In this document: positions 30,601 to 38,266 of the stretch, in pieces
Layout: the number at the start of each line of letters is the position of its first letter
Position numbering within the stretch: the stretch's first letter is position 1
Origin: an uncultured Gammaproteobacteria bacterium
Lineage (GTDB): Bacteria > Patescibacteriota > Patescibacteriia > JAHIZJ01
Assembly: GCA_964371245.1 (NCBI GenBank)
Contig: CAYJKP010000002.1
Location: 102,960-166,959, forward strand
Direction: 5' to 3'
DNA: 64,000 bases
Program-made: the position numbers and the translations under genes
Notes under the pieces: model-generated
What the model was told of the DNA's origin: nothing
The model's database searches: none
Seen by the model: only the letters and a program-made list of their open reading frames with translations

Positions 30601-33600
30601 CATTGCGCCGGGCATTCTTGGTAGGTTTTATATCGGAGATAGACGCTATCGCGGGTTTCCCAAACCGTAATATTATCGATGAAAAAGCCGGCGCCCGCTT
30701 CAATCGTCAGCACCTCGGCCGGGTCAGGCGCGCCAATAAAATGGGCTGGGCCAAGAACATAATGATTCCAATTCTCGTTGGTTGCGGTCACGCCCGCGAC
30801 TGGCACAAAGTCGATTGCTGGATTCGGTGCAAATTTCACCGTGATCTGGGCGTCGTCCGCTTCAGCCTTCGCCCAGAATTCAATCATGTAATCCTTGCCG
30901 TCTTCAACCAGCTCGCTGACGGCCGTTGACATACTGGGGGTTACTTTGGCTGAGCCGCCGCCGGCCTTCAGCGATTCAGTGCTCCAGGTGACATTACCAG
31001 CCCAGCCAGCCGTATCGCCGTCATCAAAATTATCCGTGATAATCTTCCGGATATTGTATCCGGTGCTCCCCCGATACTCACGACAGGCCGCCTGGTTAGC
31101 CGGACAGCGTATGCCCTGATCGGGGATCGCATTGTAAATTGTGTTATCGAGGGTGTTCCTGAGCGGGTGGCAGTCTTCCGAGCAGGTGATGGTGTTAAAC
31201 ATCGGGCAATAGTAACTGTTGCCACTCTGATCATAGTATTGGGTGCAGCCGAAATCATTCGGGTCGCAACCACACGCCCCGCCCGGCGTCATTTCCGGCG
31301 GCGCATTCGTACCGCCCTTCAGGTCTTCGGCTACCAGTTCAAATCCATTAACATCGTCGCCTTCCCAGCGATAGTACGTCGCGCAGGTCGGATTCGGCTG
31401 TTCACAGCGGCGGATGGCGCTGTAATACTCAAGCCCCTCGCCGCCCTGGGCGACGATATCAAGATTGGTGTATTCCTCACAACCGACATAAGCTGCGTCG
31501 CAGGTTTTCCCCGTCGTGGCGATAAAAGTCGTCGACAATATTCCCGACCGGTCAACCAAGGCCTGGTCGGTGCCGTTTGATACGGGCATCTGCTGATAAT
31601 CTTTGCACCCGACAAATTCAGCCGGACAATAGTCGTCCGAGGTTACCACCGCCGGCACCTTGTCGCCTTTTTCATCAGGCGTATACATGTCGCACCCGAT
31701 TTCATCTACCCGGCAAGCGATCGAATCCTTCGACAAGCTGACGCTCACCTGGTCAAATTGTCCGCCGCTTAATAAAACCCTGATAAACGCCGCGTCCGGT
31801 TTATCGGCCTCAACCCCAAAGGTAACAAAATCCCATCGGCCGGTATTTGTTTCACGCTGGGCGCGCGGATCGGCGCCAACGACCGTCAGGTCACAGTCGG
31901 CAACCACGGCCCGGTTCTTATCACGACATTCGGTGAGGAGCGGGGTAGCGCCGCCGCCTTTCACCCAAGCCGAGACATCATAGCGCGTACCATAGACGAT
32001 CGGCACGTCCTGATATCCGCCGGAGCCGGAGTAATAATCCCCATATCCTTGAGCGGCATCGATGGCGGTACCAACCCAGCCGTCGGCCAGATGATCGCCA
32101 GCGACATAATTGTCATTCGTGTCGTCTTTATAATAATCATGCCCGCTGTCGATACTAAAGCTGGAATTCGAAATGTAATTTTCCGCCTTATTTTTCAAAT
32201 ACGCTTGGTTAGCCGTGTCGTACATCGCGTGGGCCGTGACGTCGCCCAATTCAAGCTGTACGCCATCGAGCGTGATCTCGCAATTCGGAGTAATCTTAAA
32301 AGCTACCTGGTTTGGATTTGCGGTCGGGGCAGGCGGATCGGTTTCTCCAACCTCGCCAAACTGACCGGTCACGACAACTCTCGACCAGCCGTCAGCGCTC
32401 ACCCGGTGGGAATCCAGCGGATCGACGTAATTCATCCAAGCCCCGCCGGTGTGGTTTCCGCCGATCTCAACGTGGACATTGTCGCATGCGCCTTTTGCAA
32501 AGAAAGAAGCGGTAAATTTCTTATGATAGACCGGCGACTCAGTATCGAAATAATACGCCACCTCGCCGCTTGTCCGAACGGCATAGGTACCGTCCGTGGC
32601 ATCGGTTGTTGCGAAGGCGTCACTGGCGAACTCCCATTTCCACTGCGAGTAATCAGCCGCGAAGACGTCTGGATCATTATCGTCGACTATCCCGGCAAAC
32701 GTTTCAAAGCTCGAATTGGCCGCGAGATTACTCCCGGCGATAACAGGAATGTATTCCGTGCAACCGCGGTCGCCACTCGAGCACTTCGTGGCATTATTAT
32801 CCAGACGGATCTGGTCGCCGGCAGCGAGATAATCAGGCTCGGCCGGGTTGACCAAATGCTCCGGGGAGCTGCAGACAAAGCCTTTTTCCTTATTGTCATA
32901 ATTCTGGCAGTACCACTGACAGCCGGCATTATCCGCCGAACAGGAATCGTGATTGACCGTGCTTTCAATGAAAGATGCTTCCTTTTTCTTTGAATCAACA
33001 AAAGTTTGACAGGTATTTTCATAGGCCTGGCAAGCAGTTCCGGAAAACCGCCAGATCGGTTTTTCCTCAGCGCAGTAGCCATAGAACAAGCAGGTGCCAT
33101 CTTCGGCTTCCTGTATGCAGGTACGTTCATCCGCGCAATAGCTCCCCCGTTCAACCTGCCGTGACGGCGTATCGCGAGAATCAATCACGCCGTCATTGTT
33201 CGTGTCGTCTAACTGGACTAGCGCATCGGCCACCAGTTGCTCGCCCGGCCCTTCCTTTTTGCAATATGTTTCAGGCGCCTTCAACACCCAATTTGGGTCA
33301 ATAAGATGATAAAACGGATTGTCTATTTGAACGCCTTGGGGGTTGGTCCATTTTTCATCATCATAGAGATCAACCAGTTCTTTCAGTCCAAATCCCTGGG
33401 CCGGTACAACATAATTTTTGATATAGAGCGCGGCCGCTTCCCAGGTCGAGGGGATGACGCGATATTTGCGCAGGATAACCAAGCTGCGGTAGGGATAGCC
33501 GTTGGTATATTCCGGCTCTTGTCCATTTTGATCAAAACCAAACGTGCCGGTACTGTTGAGCGAGCCTTCTTCAAGGGCTTGCTTCACCGTGATCCGGCGG

Positions 33601-34676
33601 TTAATCGCGTCCGCGAAGTTCTCGTCGATCACGCAATTATTTGTCACGCGGTACTCGCTTGGACAGGCGGCGAGCGTGCTCACGATATCGACCGGCCCGC
33701 GCGCTCGGAAGGTTGGTCGGACGAGCTCGGCAAAATACCGTTTGGCCGCGGAAACACCGCTGGTTGTCATTTCAAAGCTATCCCCGCTGCCCGACGGCAG
33801 GATTCCTTTTTCAAAAATTGTTTTATAGAGCCGATTGATTAAGGTGTTAGTGAATAGGGAAAACGCATCGGCCAGCGGCTCGCCCGTATAGACTTTGTCG
33901 GCGGCCGTACTTTCTTGGATTGATAGGTTGGCGACCGTGTTGATGTATTCTTTTGGCGTTTTTGTTATGCCGGTTACCAAATCCTTCACGCCGAGAAAGG
34001 AGCTGGCCGTCTGCTCCAAGCGCATTTTCGCTTCCGCTTTTGCGACCGCCTTTTCGGTTTCATCCATGATCAAGAAATAGGCGCCGATTTGCGATGAGTT
34101 GACATCGAAGACATGCTGAAAATCCACCATGTCCTGAAGCGACATCTTGGATATCTTGTTGAAATTCTTGGCCATGTTTGTCACCGGACAGGAAGCTTTT
34201 GGTTCGAGCGTTTGCTTGGCATAGACACCGAGCCTTAAACGAATGGCCGGGTCAAATGATATCGTACACAAGCTCTCGCCGAATAGGCTCTGAAATTCTG
34301 TATCGAGAAATTCACCAGCCGCGCCGTCAACAACCTGAGTGAGATACTTCCCAGGATTCGAAATAAAGAGTGGTTTTTGCCCTTTGCCGCCCGAGCCGAT
34401 ATAGACGGCGGTATCATAGGCGATCTTATTTAAGAAATATGAAAGGCCTTTTTTCCAAGCCACGGCCGCGGCGCTTTTCAGCACCTTTAATATGGCATCG
34501 GTGACATTGCGATGTTCTTGGGCGACGTCTTCAACGGGGATAACGGCTTGAACCTTGGTTGGGACAAAATAAAACACTCCCAAGCTAAGAACGAGTGAGA
34601 GCGATAACATAACGCCGACGACAAGAGAGCGTATTTTTTTAGCTCGGCTTTTTATTTGAGGATGGCTCTGTGGCAT
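24621..34676 (-). CDS. Giant secreted cysteine-rich surface protein (3351 aa) with repeated disulfide-module motifs
   Basis: Single uninterrupted ORF. Signal sequence MLSLSLVLSLGVFYFVPTKVQA. Hundreds of Cys in recurring C-x(3-6)-C-x(2-4)-G-x-C modules (CPGGGNACVAQRCVGG, CEVGSSCVDKVCVGG, CPEGSCAEAICG). All long antisense ORFs across it are short and low-complexity. Confidence 0.75.
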   Translation of the reverse strand: MPQSHPQIKSRAKKIRSLVVGVMLSLSLVLSLGVFYFVPTKVQAVIPVEDVAQEHRNVTDAILKVLKSAAAVAWKKGLSYFLNKIAYDTAVYIGSGGKGQKPLFISNPGKYLTQVVDGAAGEFLDTEFQSLFGESLCTISFDPAIRLRLGVYAKQTLEPKASCPVTNMAKNFNKISKMSLQDMVDFQHVFDVNSSQIGAYFLIMDETEKAVAKAEAKMRLEQTASSFLGVKDLVTGITKTPKEYINTVANLSIQESTAADKVYTGEPLADAFSLFTNTLINRLYKTIFEKGILPSGSGDSFEMTTSGVSAAKRYFAELVRPTFRARGPVDIVSTLAACPSEYRVTNNCVIDENFADAINRRITVKQALEEGSLNSTGTFGFDQNGQEPEYTNGYPYRSLVILRKYRVIPSTWEAAALYIKNYVVPAQGFGLKELVDLYDDEKWTNPQGVQIDNPFYHLIDPNWVLKAPETYCKKEGPGEQLVADALVQLDDTNNDGVIDSRDTPSRQVERGSYCADERTCIQEAEDGTCLFYGYCAEEKPIWRFSGTACQAYENTCQTFVDSKKKEASFIESTVNHDSCSADNAGCQWYCQNYDNKEKGFVCSSPEHLVNPAEPDYLAAGDQIRLDNNATKCSSGDRGCTEYIPVIAGSNLAANSSFETFAGIVDDNDPDVFAADYSQWKWEFASDAFATTDATDGTYAVRTSGEVAYYFDTESPVYHKKFTASFFAKGACDNVHVEIGGNHTGGAWMNYVDPLDSHRVSADGWSRVVVTGQFGEVGETDPPAPTANPNQVAFKITPNCEITLDGVQLELGDVTAHAMYDTANQAYLKNKAENYISNSSFSIDSGHDYYKDDTNDNYVAGDHLADGWVGTAIDAAQGYGDYYSGSGGYQDVPIVYGTRYDVSAWVKGGGATPLLTECRDKNRAVVADCDLTVVGADPRAQRETNTGRWDFVTFGVEADKPDAAFIRVLLSGGQFDQVSVSLSKDSIACRVDEIGCDMYTPDEKGDKVPAVVTSDDYCPAEFVGCKDYQQMPVSNGTDQALVDRSGILSTTFIATTGKTCDAAYVGCEEYTNLDIVAQGGEGLEYYSAIRRCEQPNPTCATYYRWEGDDVNGFELVAEDLKGGTNAPPEMTPGGACGCDPNDFGCTQYYDQSGNSYYCPMFNTITCSEDCHPLRNTLDNTIYNAIPDQGIRCPANQAACREYRGSTGYNIRKIITDNFDDGDTAGWAGNVTWSTESLKAGGGSAKVTPSMSTAVSELVEDGKDYMIEFWAKAEADDAQITVKFAPNPAIDFVPVAGVTATNENWNHYVLGPAHFIGAPDPAEVLTIEAGAGFFIDNITVWETRDSVYLRYKTYQECPAQWVGCSLYTDSEGNDQYIQSFTNLCRPEKVGCTAAIETNNSTTAFPYEPADKGVRVEADNVRPIVNAAKYKCQAKAKGCEGLGLPSFDVEGRVTKFKTTYLINNPDEYDQTLCTKEETFCDQFQIGADSGSFTQFKQPNAQVCDFRKSLKYQGEVYDAWLKSGTDKFCPVQKYSCIGGNNPGVACFGPGDLASCDGGLCEQYPESPMPTKVCGPRLQETCRGGYRAGEKCNSQVDPKDPLYGCDQAGGNNDGLCSDLTEVCYGGIRAGQACDSDADPNDAAYGCADANSSNDGYCAERICQDDGQCPEGQKCTEYWVGKCQNGASGCSEYRDPQTPSPDKVTPDGVCLAGPSGGQNCKINADCPQSTCVFQGCNANCRAEYNDQGEFYRTDQQCRPYQNGALPPDYLSGCQPYYYIDSTIDSASCAGVVNKDEGCILFNDTTNSQGLTYDSDLTYAKLDTNRGTPETCTGGGCTADSNSVYKVDRDRVCNQWLYCKTSYEVEKSDGSKELTCYDIGNCRQLGTSGQCIKPVGEGQCENDPSRPCLIDADCGLTSHCIRTPKFENATPTVEYMNRLVTPPNHPTDLTFDHKTEVDNSVNYSGYARVGYNWRCSEDPNTVCWRDGICQGGDKDGLLCQKPDDCPGGVCPNNTACDLNNPTYCDQCVGESNVCQVIHGYYPTGSMQEIGIGMNLPNYDFQFKNSSPWEPRNINPPNALKAVEDPLDPTKQNWVMEVGGLTGADSGAKINLDSLIFDNQPLVISLKLRADQDSKIKVQLCYNDDAGPCQVFGTVTATMNWQIFTLPLGNAMVVSGVFKNTYLSIVDAGGNAGLQKFQVDDVMFQTLLEKKSTQMPPELPNDPRFVVRSCRLYPESNSLTCDYTKTTGTARKIYRGWKGYCLETDPQNRSVCLQWWPVDIISGEADDTDQLVGYFGDAPLYYCLQGSFYEFRRPYGLSNGNCNYASHYSCEELGYHRKLCEKAVRGGGHQDKCLYVCVPNEIPDSDVCEYWSHSGGGGENLQYNWWDSNHQNGLNPIAPGVWQPFDGWLSHNHLGEAWPGNIGEVLAFRCDVIGQTVDPSGANKAWAERIKGNYSQIWDLGVTFDDDANPYGSLTYPGSVGHAGNNVTNVPGDPATWDTDYTSVWGNPYEMTKDLGSKYQPIIYLWWDPQQQTGGGSFSPFAQDWGWSPYRGVEHGFDEVDYLSYPRAGVPYSCKHKANKRLYSWGWWTGFRYDRSEITICDDVFPNRYTTTEQFSGPLTPGEPPPPNQPPTNYTATGGGLGLRRIQRIFADVYGVWVWSDGKCVDITTMGCFKANDPQYPFRGTGCENNDECNIGNGVCSGQLCISIDPDNPSPMTPCGCAAGEVCELSQRCSNDPTIPCGLGACPGGGNACVAQRCVGGTDAGSDQCNIANNCPTGSTCLTQGALKKCVSNVPAACDCPNEGSCVNISICRDTGEECNGGQNCSKYCDNNVDGWGDYPGTQCIDDSNCNAGIFCLYANPAQVCWNRPRCSGDHTQTCQPANACPAGYSCNANSKCTYDAVGQCDCRSGFCADGVCSNQATTLCASNNQPTNPCPGGAACLGNADICRLNNARCDAGVCNGGVCEEKERCSTSGLPCGSGSCEVGSSCVDKVCVGGTNAGRPCSGQGDCPEGSCAEAICGWNENGNPPGCGYWCGQACASDSNCTGISGGSCIQYNGICTGGELLGNPCRVGQDAADCCEVPGACAPGVVAECADWECEGGIRSGDNCTLGHIQAQHGQSKQLQYCNGLPDSAPDPTEAKYEPDLSLNSFKAAYSDAFEAMDQCKVHNGSNGMSDNRPNDITGFPFDFCWAQPTVFNIKINGRTGPVQIKNGSGTATVTFNSMVDPEQMPIKKFVVDWGNNHWESFPKNPGIPPRSDPNGPYHTLTHDYTYGDCGAAGGGPDTCFVRVFVEDNWDKGSGYCDNDGTDCSSDLNCGGGTCVGACRGGTTPLNICQNQGQCQGAGAYCNSLFDGSVVITQ

Positions 34677-34683
34677 GGTCGAA

Positions 34684-35526
34684 CTATTGATTTACACCGT
34701 TGATCGACTCAAGAAAGATGGCCTTGAGCGTCGTGTCGTCAATCTGTGACAGCGTCTCCGCCGGCACGCCCGAGGCAATCATTAATTCCCTGATTTCGGC
34801 CGGCGTGAGCTGGCTCAATTGCGCCAGCGTCTGCTGGTCGGTTTCGTTCAAGTTCGAGGCGTTCGCATTGTTCGTTACCGGCAGATTGGTGTTGCTGTTT
34901 GCTGACTCTTGAGAAAGCGCGTCAGCGTAGAGCTGCCGGAGCTCGACATCGGACAATGCATTCAGCGTTTCGGTCGGCACGCCAGCCCCCTTGAGCGCTT
35001 CCCGGAGCGCGCCTATGGAAACATTCTCTGGAGCAGGATTGGTATTTGAGTTCCCAGTGGTGTTCGTATTGCCGTTTTGGCTGCTATTCGCGTTGGTTGG
35101 TTGGTTTGTGTTTTCGCCCGCGTTGACGTTCGTGTTTTGGTTGATATTGTAAAAATTTGCGAGATTGCTATAGCCATTCGTGTTCGTCACTGCAATCGCG
35201 CAGGATTTTCCCTGCGGACAATTCGGATCTGTGCCATTCGCCAACTCCATGTTATCTGGAATCCCGTCGCTGTCAGAATCAGCCAGGTAGGGTGACGTGC
35301 GATGAATTTTCAACTCATCAAAATCCGAAAGGGTGTCATTGTCGGTATCCTTGTCACGCAAAGCGAGAATTTCCTTCCGCGCATTTACCGAATCTGAGGA
35401 TGACTCGTCCAGCCCGGTAAACGGACTCTTGAGGGAGCGCGAAAGCTGAAAAATTCCCAAACCTATTCCGAAACATCCCACCACAAAAATGAGCAACCAG
35501 AGAGTTTTTGGCGAGACTTCTTTCAT
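34684..35526 (-). CDS. Membrane-anchored protein with thrombospondin type-3-like Ca-binding repeats and an Asn-rich low-complexity region
   Basis: 280 aa. N-terminal TM LWLLIFVVGCFGIGLGIF. Two D-x-D-x-D-G-x-x-D-x-x-E type motifs (DKDTDNDTLSDFDE, DSDSDGIPDNME). N/T-rich linker. First gene downstream of the consensus promoter. Confidence 0.5.
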   Translation of the reverse strand: MKEVSPKTLWLLIFVVGCFGIGLGIFQLSRSLKSPFTGLDESSSDSVNARKEILALRDKDTDNDTLSDFDELKIHRTSPYLADSDSDGIPDNMELANGTDPNCPQGKSCAIAVTNTNGYSNLANFYNINQNTNVNAGENTNQPTNANSSQNGNTNTTGNSNTNPAPENVSIGALREALKGAGVPTETLNALSDVELRQLYADALSQESANSNTNLPVTNNANASNLNETDQQTLAQLSQLTPAEIRELMIASGVPAETLSQIDDTTLKAIFLESINGVNQ

Positions 35527-35599
35527 TTTGTTTGTCGACTTTTGTTTGGACTTTAAATATAGAAACCAAACTCAGGAACTGTGCACATTTTACCCCACC

Positions 35600-35628
35600 A
35601 TTATATCACAATAGCCCGCGTGTGTCAA
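35600..35628 (-). promoter_or_regulatory. Perfect-consensus sigma70 promoter (TTGACA - 17 nt - TATAAT) on the minus strand, driving the TSP3-repeat and giant-protein operon
   Basis: Minus-strand read TTGACAcacgcgggctattgtgaTATAATggtgggg. The -35 complement is at 35623-35628 and the -10 complement at 35600-35605. The first ATG of the downstream operon is at 35526. The promoter overlaps the 3' end of ksgA. Confidence 0.6.
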
Positions 35629-36475
35629 CTTTATGACTTTTGCCAATATTAGCCATTAAACTGTTTTTGCTGAGTTCGTATAAAGTCTCCCACTGCACCA
35701 AAGAAAGTTCCTGAGCTCGCGCGTTTTGAGATATTTCGCATTTGTCAAATAGCTCTGTTACCGCCTCGCGGGTCAAGTGAAAACCCGCGTCCAGGTTGTT
35801 GTGCAATTGTTTTCGCCGGGCTGAAAAGCCGACGCGGAGAAATCGAAAAAAATCGCGATCGGAGGGTTGCGGTTCTCGTTTGACGATAATGCGCACAACC
35901 GCTGAATCCACCTCGGGCTGGGGCCAAAAGCTCGTTCGCGGTACTGTAAAAAGTTTTTCAACCGCGCCATAGAACTGAACCGAGATCGAGAGGAGACTGT
36001 GCCCGCCGGGCTGAGCGATGATCCGATCGGCGACCTCGGCTTGAACCAGTAGTACCAGCCGCGCGGGTTGCGGTTTTTGCGAAAGAAACTCTCGAATAAT
36101 CAGGCTGGTGAGATAATACGGAATATTCGCGACAACCAGATAGCCACGGTCTGAGAGTACGGGCGGCTGCTGCTTCCGCCAACGAATAACATCGTCTTGT
36201 ATGAACTGGATATTTTTCAGTGTGCCGACATTTTTGTGAAGGAGCGGGATCATGTTCCGATCGTTTTCGATCGTGATAACGCGACCAGCCGCAGGTGCCA
36301 AAAGCCGAGTTAAATTCCCCGGGCCCGACCCGATCTCGAGCACGGTGTCGCTTTTTTTCAGCTCGCCGGCCGCCGCAATCCGTTCCAGAACCTGTTGATC
36401 CAATAAAAAACATTGGCCGCTTTTTTTCGACGGGTGAAGACCAAGTTGGTGGAGCTGCTTTTTTATGTCCATCAC
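35606..36475 (-). CDS. rsmA: 16S rRNA (adenine1518/1519-N6)-dimethyltransferase
   Basis: 289 aa. SAM-binding motif VLEIGSGPGNLTRLL and KsgA/RsmA family architecture. Confidence 0.9.
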   Translation of the reverse strand: MMDIKKQLHQLGLHPSKKSGQCFLLDQQVLERIAAAGELKKSDTVLEIGSGPGNLTRLLAPAAGRVITIENDRNMIPLLHKNVGTLKNIQFIQDDVIRWRKQQPPVLSDRGYLVVANIPYYLTSLIIREFLSQKPQPARLVLLVQAEVADRIIAQPGGHSLLSISVQFYGAVEKLFTVPRTSFWPQPEVDSAVVRIIVKREPQPSDRDFFRFLRVGFSARRKQLHNNLDAGFHLTREAVTELFDKCEISQNARAQELSLVQWETLYELSKNSLMANIGKSHKVDTRGLL

Positions 36476-37638
36476 AAAATATTATACAGCAATGACATGC
36501 CGCCGGCTAACAGAAAGGCGAAAATGAATCCGACCGAGACGCCAAATGCCTGCATAACCACAAAGATGCTCGCGATCGCGACGAGCTTCCCGATCACCAA
36601 CGACATCTCCAGAAAAAGCACCCCTTTCATGATGTCATAGCGCCTCGCCCGATAATAGGTGATCGCGGTCAGCGGCACATAAACCATGTTTTTCGCAATC
36701 CGAGACAACGAATCCAGCAAGAATATCTGGATGCCGGTACCAGCGAACACGCGCAGCGTCCACGACAGCGCATAGAGCGCCGAGCCAAGCTTGATCACCG
36801 GATGCTTGCGGTGTTTGTCGCACACCCGACCAACATAGACCGTCACCAGGGTCGTAACCAACGTGGCAAGCGCCACGACCGTACCGACGGCCAGCGACGT
36901 CTTCATTATTAGGAAGATGAAAACCGGCCATAAAACGAGCACAACCAATTCCTCGCCGAAGCCGAGATAAGCCAGAAACTGGCGGCGGCGATCTTTTTTC
37001 AAAAGCCGACGATAGGCCTTGATATATGAAAAGGAATGCGGCGTATATGGCTGCCGCGAAATTATTAGCGGGAAGTTCGATACCGCGATCAGTGCAATGA
37101 CAACGATAAAAAGCGCCTGGTAACTCGAGAAGGTGATAATCAATCCGCCGACGAGCGGGCCGACAATATAGACAAGGCTGTCAATCACGCGCAGGGTGCT
37201 GATTTCTCTCGCCTGCTCACGTTCATCCGAATAGCGGGCAAAATCGGCATGATAGCCTGGCCAATAAAATGTTTTTTGAAAGGCAAGAAAAACCGGAGCG
37301 AAGAAAATCAGCCAGCGATGCTGCGGCAAGATAAATAGGCTCAAGTAGTAACAAACCAAAAAGAAGGTGCTAAAGAGAATGCTCCGTTCATAGCCACGCG
37401 CGTTGGCGAACTTGGCGCCCAGCGGCATGATTATAAAATACAAACAATAGGTGATGAAAAAGAAAATGAGTATTTGTTGGATGGAAAACTTGAGCGTATA
37501 CAGATAGATCGGCTCAAAGATCATGACGGCGGCCGTGGCCAAGTCCATGATGGCGACCGTCAAATATAATTCTTTCACCGGCCGGGTGAGCCGATGGGCG
37601 AAAAAGTGGGGCAGGTTGTAGCTGAAACGATTAAACAT
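36472..37638 (-). CDS. MFS-like polytopic membrane transporter, paralog A
   Basis: 388 aa with about 12 hydrophobic helices. Paralogous to 38267-39430. Confidence 0.5.
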   Translation of the reverse strand: MFNRFSYNLPHFFAHRLTRPVKELYLTVAIMDLATAAVMIFEPIYLYTLKFSIQQILIFFFITYCLYFIIMPLGAKFANARGYERSILFSTFFLVCYYLSLFILPQHRWLIFFAPVFLAFQKTFYWPGYHADFARYSDEREQAREISTLRVIDSLVYIVGPLVGGLIITFSSYQALFIVVIALIAVSNFPLIISRQPYTPHSFSYIKAYRRLLKKDRRRQFLAYLGFGEELVVLVLWPVFIFLIMKTSLAVGTVVALATLVTTLVTVYVGRVCDKHRKHPVIKLGSALYALSWTLRVFAGTGIQIFLLDSLSRIAKNMVYVPLTAITYYRARRYDIMKGVLFLEMSLVIGKLVAIASIFVVMQAFGVSVGFIFAFLLAGGMSLLYNIL

Positions 37639-38257
37639 GGTGTTGTTTCTTTGTGACGCGCGCGCCGGTCCGCAAGATGCGTTTTCCGCGACTGGTGAAT
37701 TGGATGATGTGTGACGGTCGGCTATTCGGCAAACGACCCGCGTCGATCACAAGGTCGGGCTGGCCCGATCGGCGACGAAATTGTTTCAGTATCGTTCGAA
37801 TCGAGTTGCTCGCGGGTTGTCCGCTGATATTCGCGCTGGTAGCCGTGATCGGCTGACCATAAGATGTTAGGAGCGCGATAACGAAGCGCTGCCGCGGCCA
37901 ACGGACCGCGATCGTCTTCCGCTGTCCCGTGAGCCAAAGTGGAACGCGCTTCTGTTTCGGCAGTACCACCGTCACCGGGCCAGGCCAAACCGGTTTCAGG
38001 TTTTTTGCATCACGCACGGTTGTAGCGGCAACGTGTTTAAGTTGCGCCTGATTCGCGATCAAAACCGAAATCCCCTTCCGCGCTGACCGCCCTTTGATGG
38101 CCAGTATTTTTTTATACGCGCCCTGACTGAACGGATCGGCGCCAAGACCATAGAGCGTATCCGTTGGATAGACGATCGTGCCGCCGCGTCGCAGAATCCG
38201 GCAGGCGCGCCGGATAATTGACGCTTGGCGTGAGGCTGTCAGCCGGACAATTTCCAT
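37631..38257 (-). CDS. tsaC: L-threonylcarbamoyladenylate synthase (YrdC/Sua5 family)
   Basis: 208 aa. YPTDTLYGLGADPFSQGAYKKILAIKGRSARKGISVLI matches the conserved YrdC core. Confidence 0.8.
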   Translation of the reverse strand: MEIVRLTASRQASIIRRACRILRRGGTIVYPTDTLYGLGADPFSQGAYKKILAIKGRSARKGISVLIANQAQLKHVAATTVRDAKNLKPVWPGPVTVVLPKQKRVPLWLTGQRKTIAVRWPRQRFVIALLTSYGQPITATSANISGQPASNSIRTILKQFRRRSGQPDLVIDAGRLPNSRPSHIIQFTSRGKRILRTGARVTKKQHHV

Positions 38258-38266
38258 GTCGGCAAA

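Noticed and set aside
24621-34676. Dozens of 60-300 aa ORFs antisense or out-of-frame within the giant gene (for example 25256-25837-, 30093-30929+, 32049-32993+, 33237-33842+)
   Set aside because: A single uninterrupted 10-kb frame with a signal peptide and coherent Cys-module repeats explains the region. The overlapping ORFs have Arg/Ser/Pro-rich shadow-frame composition.
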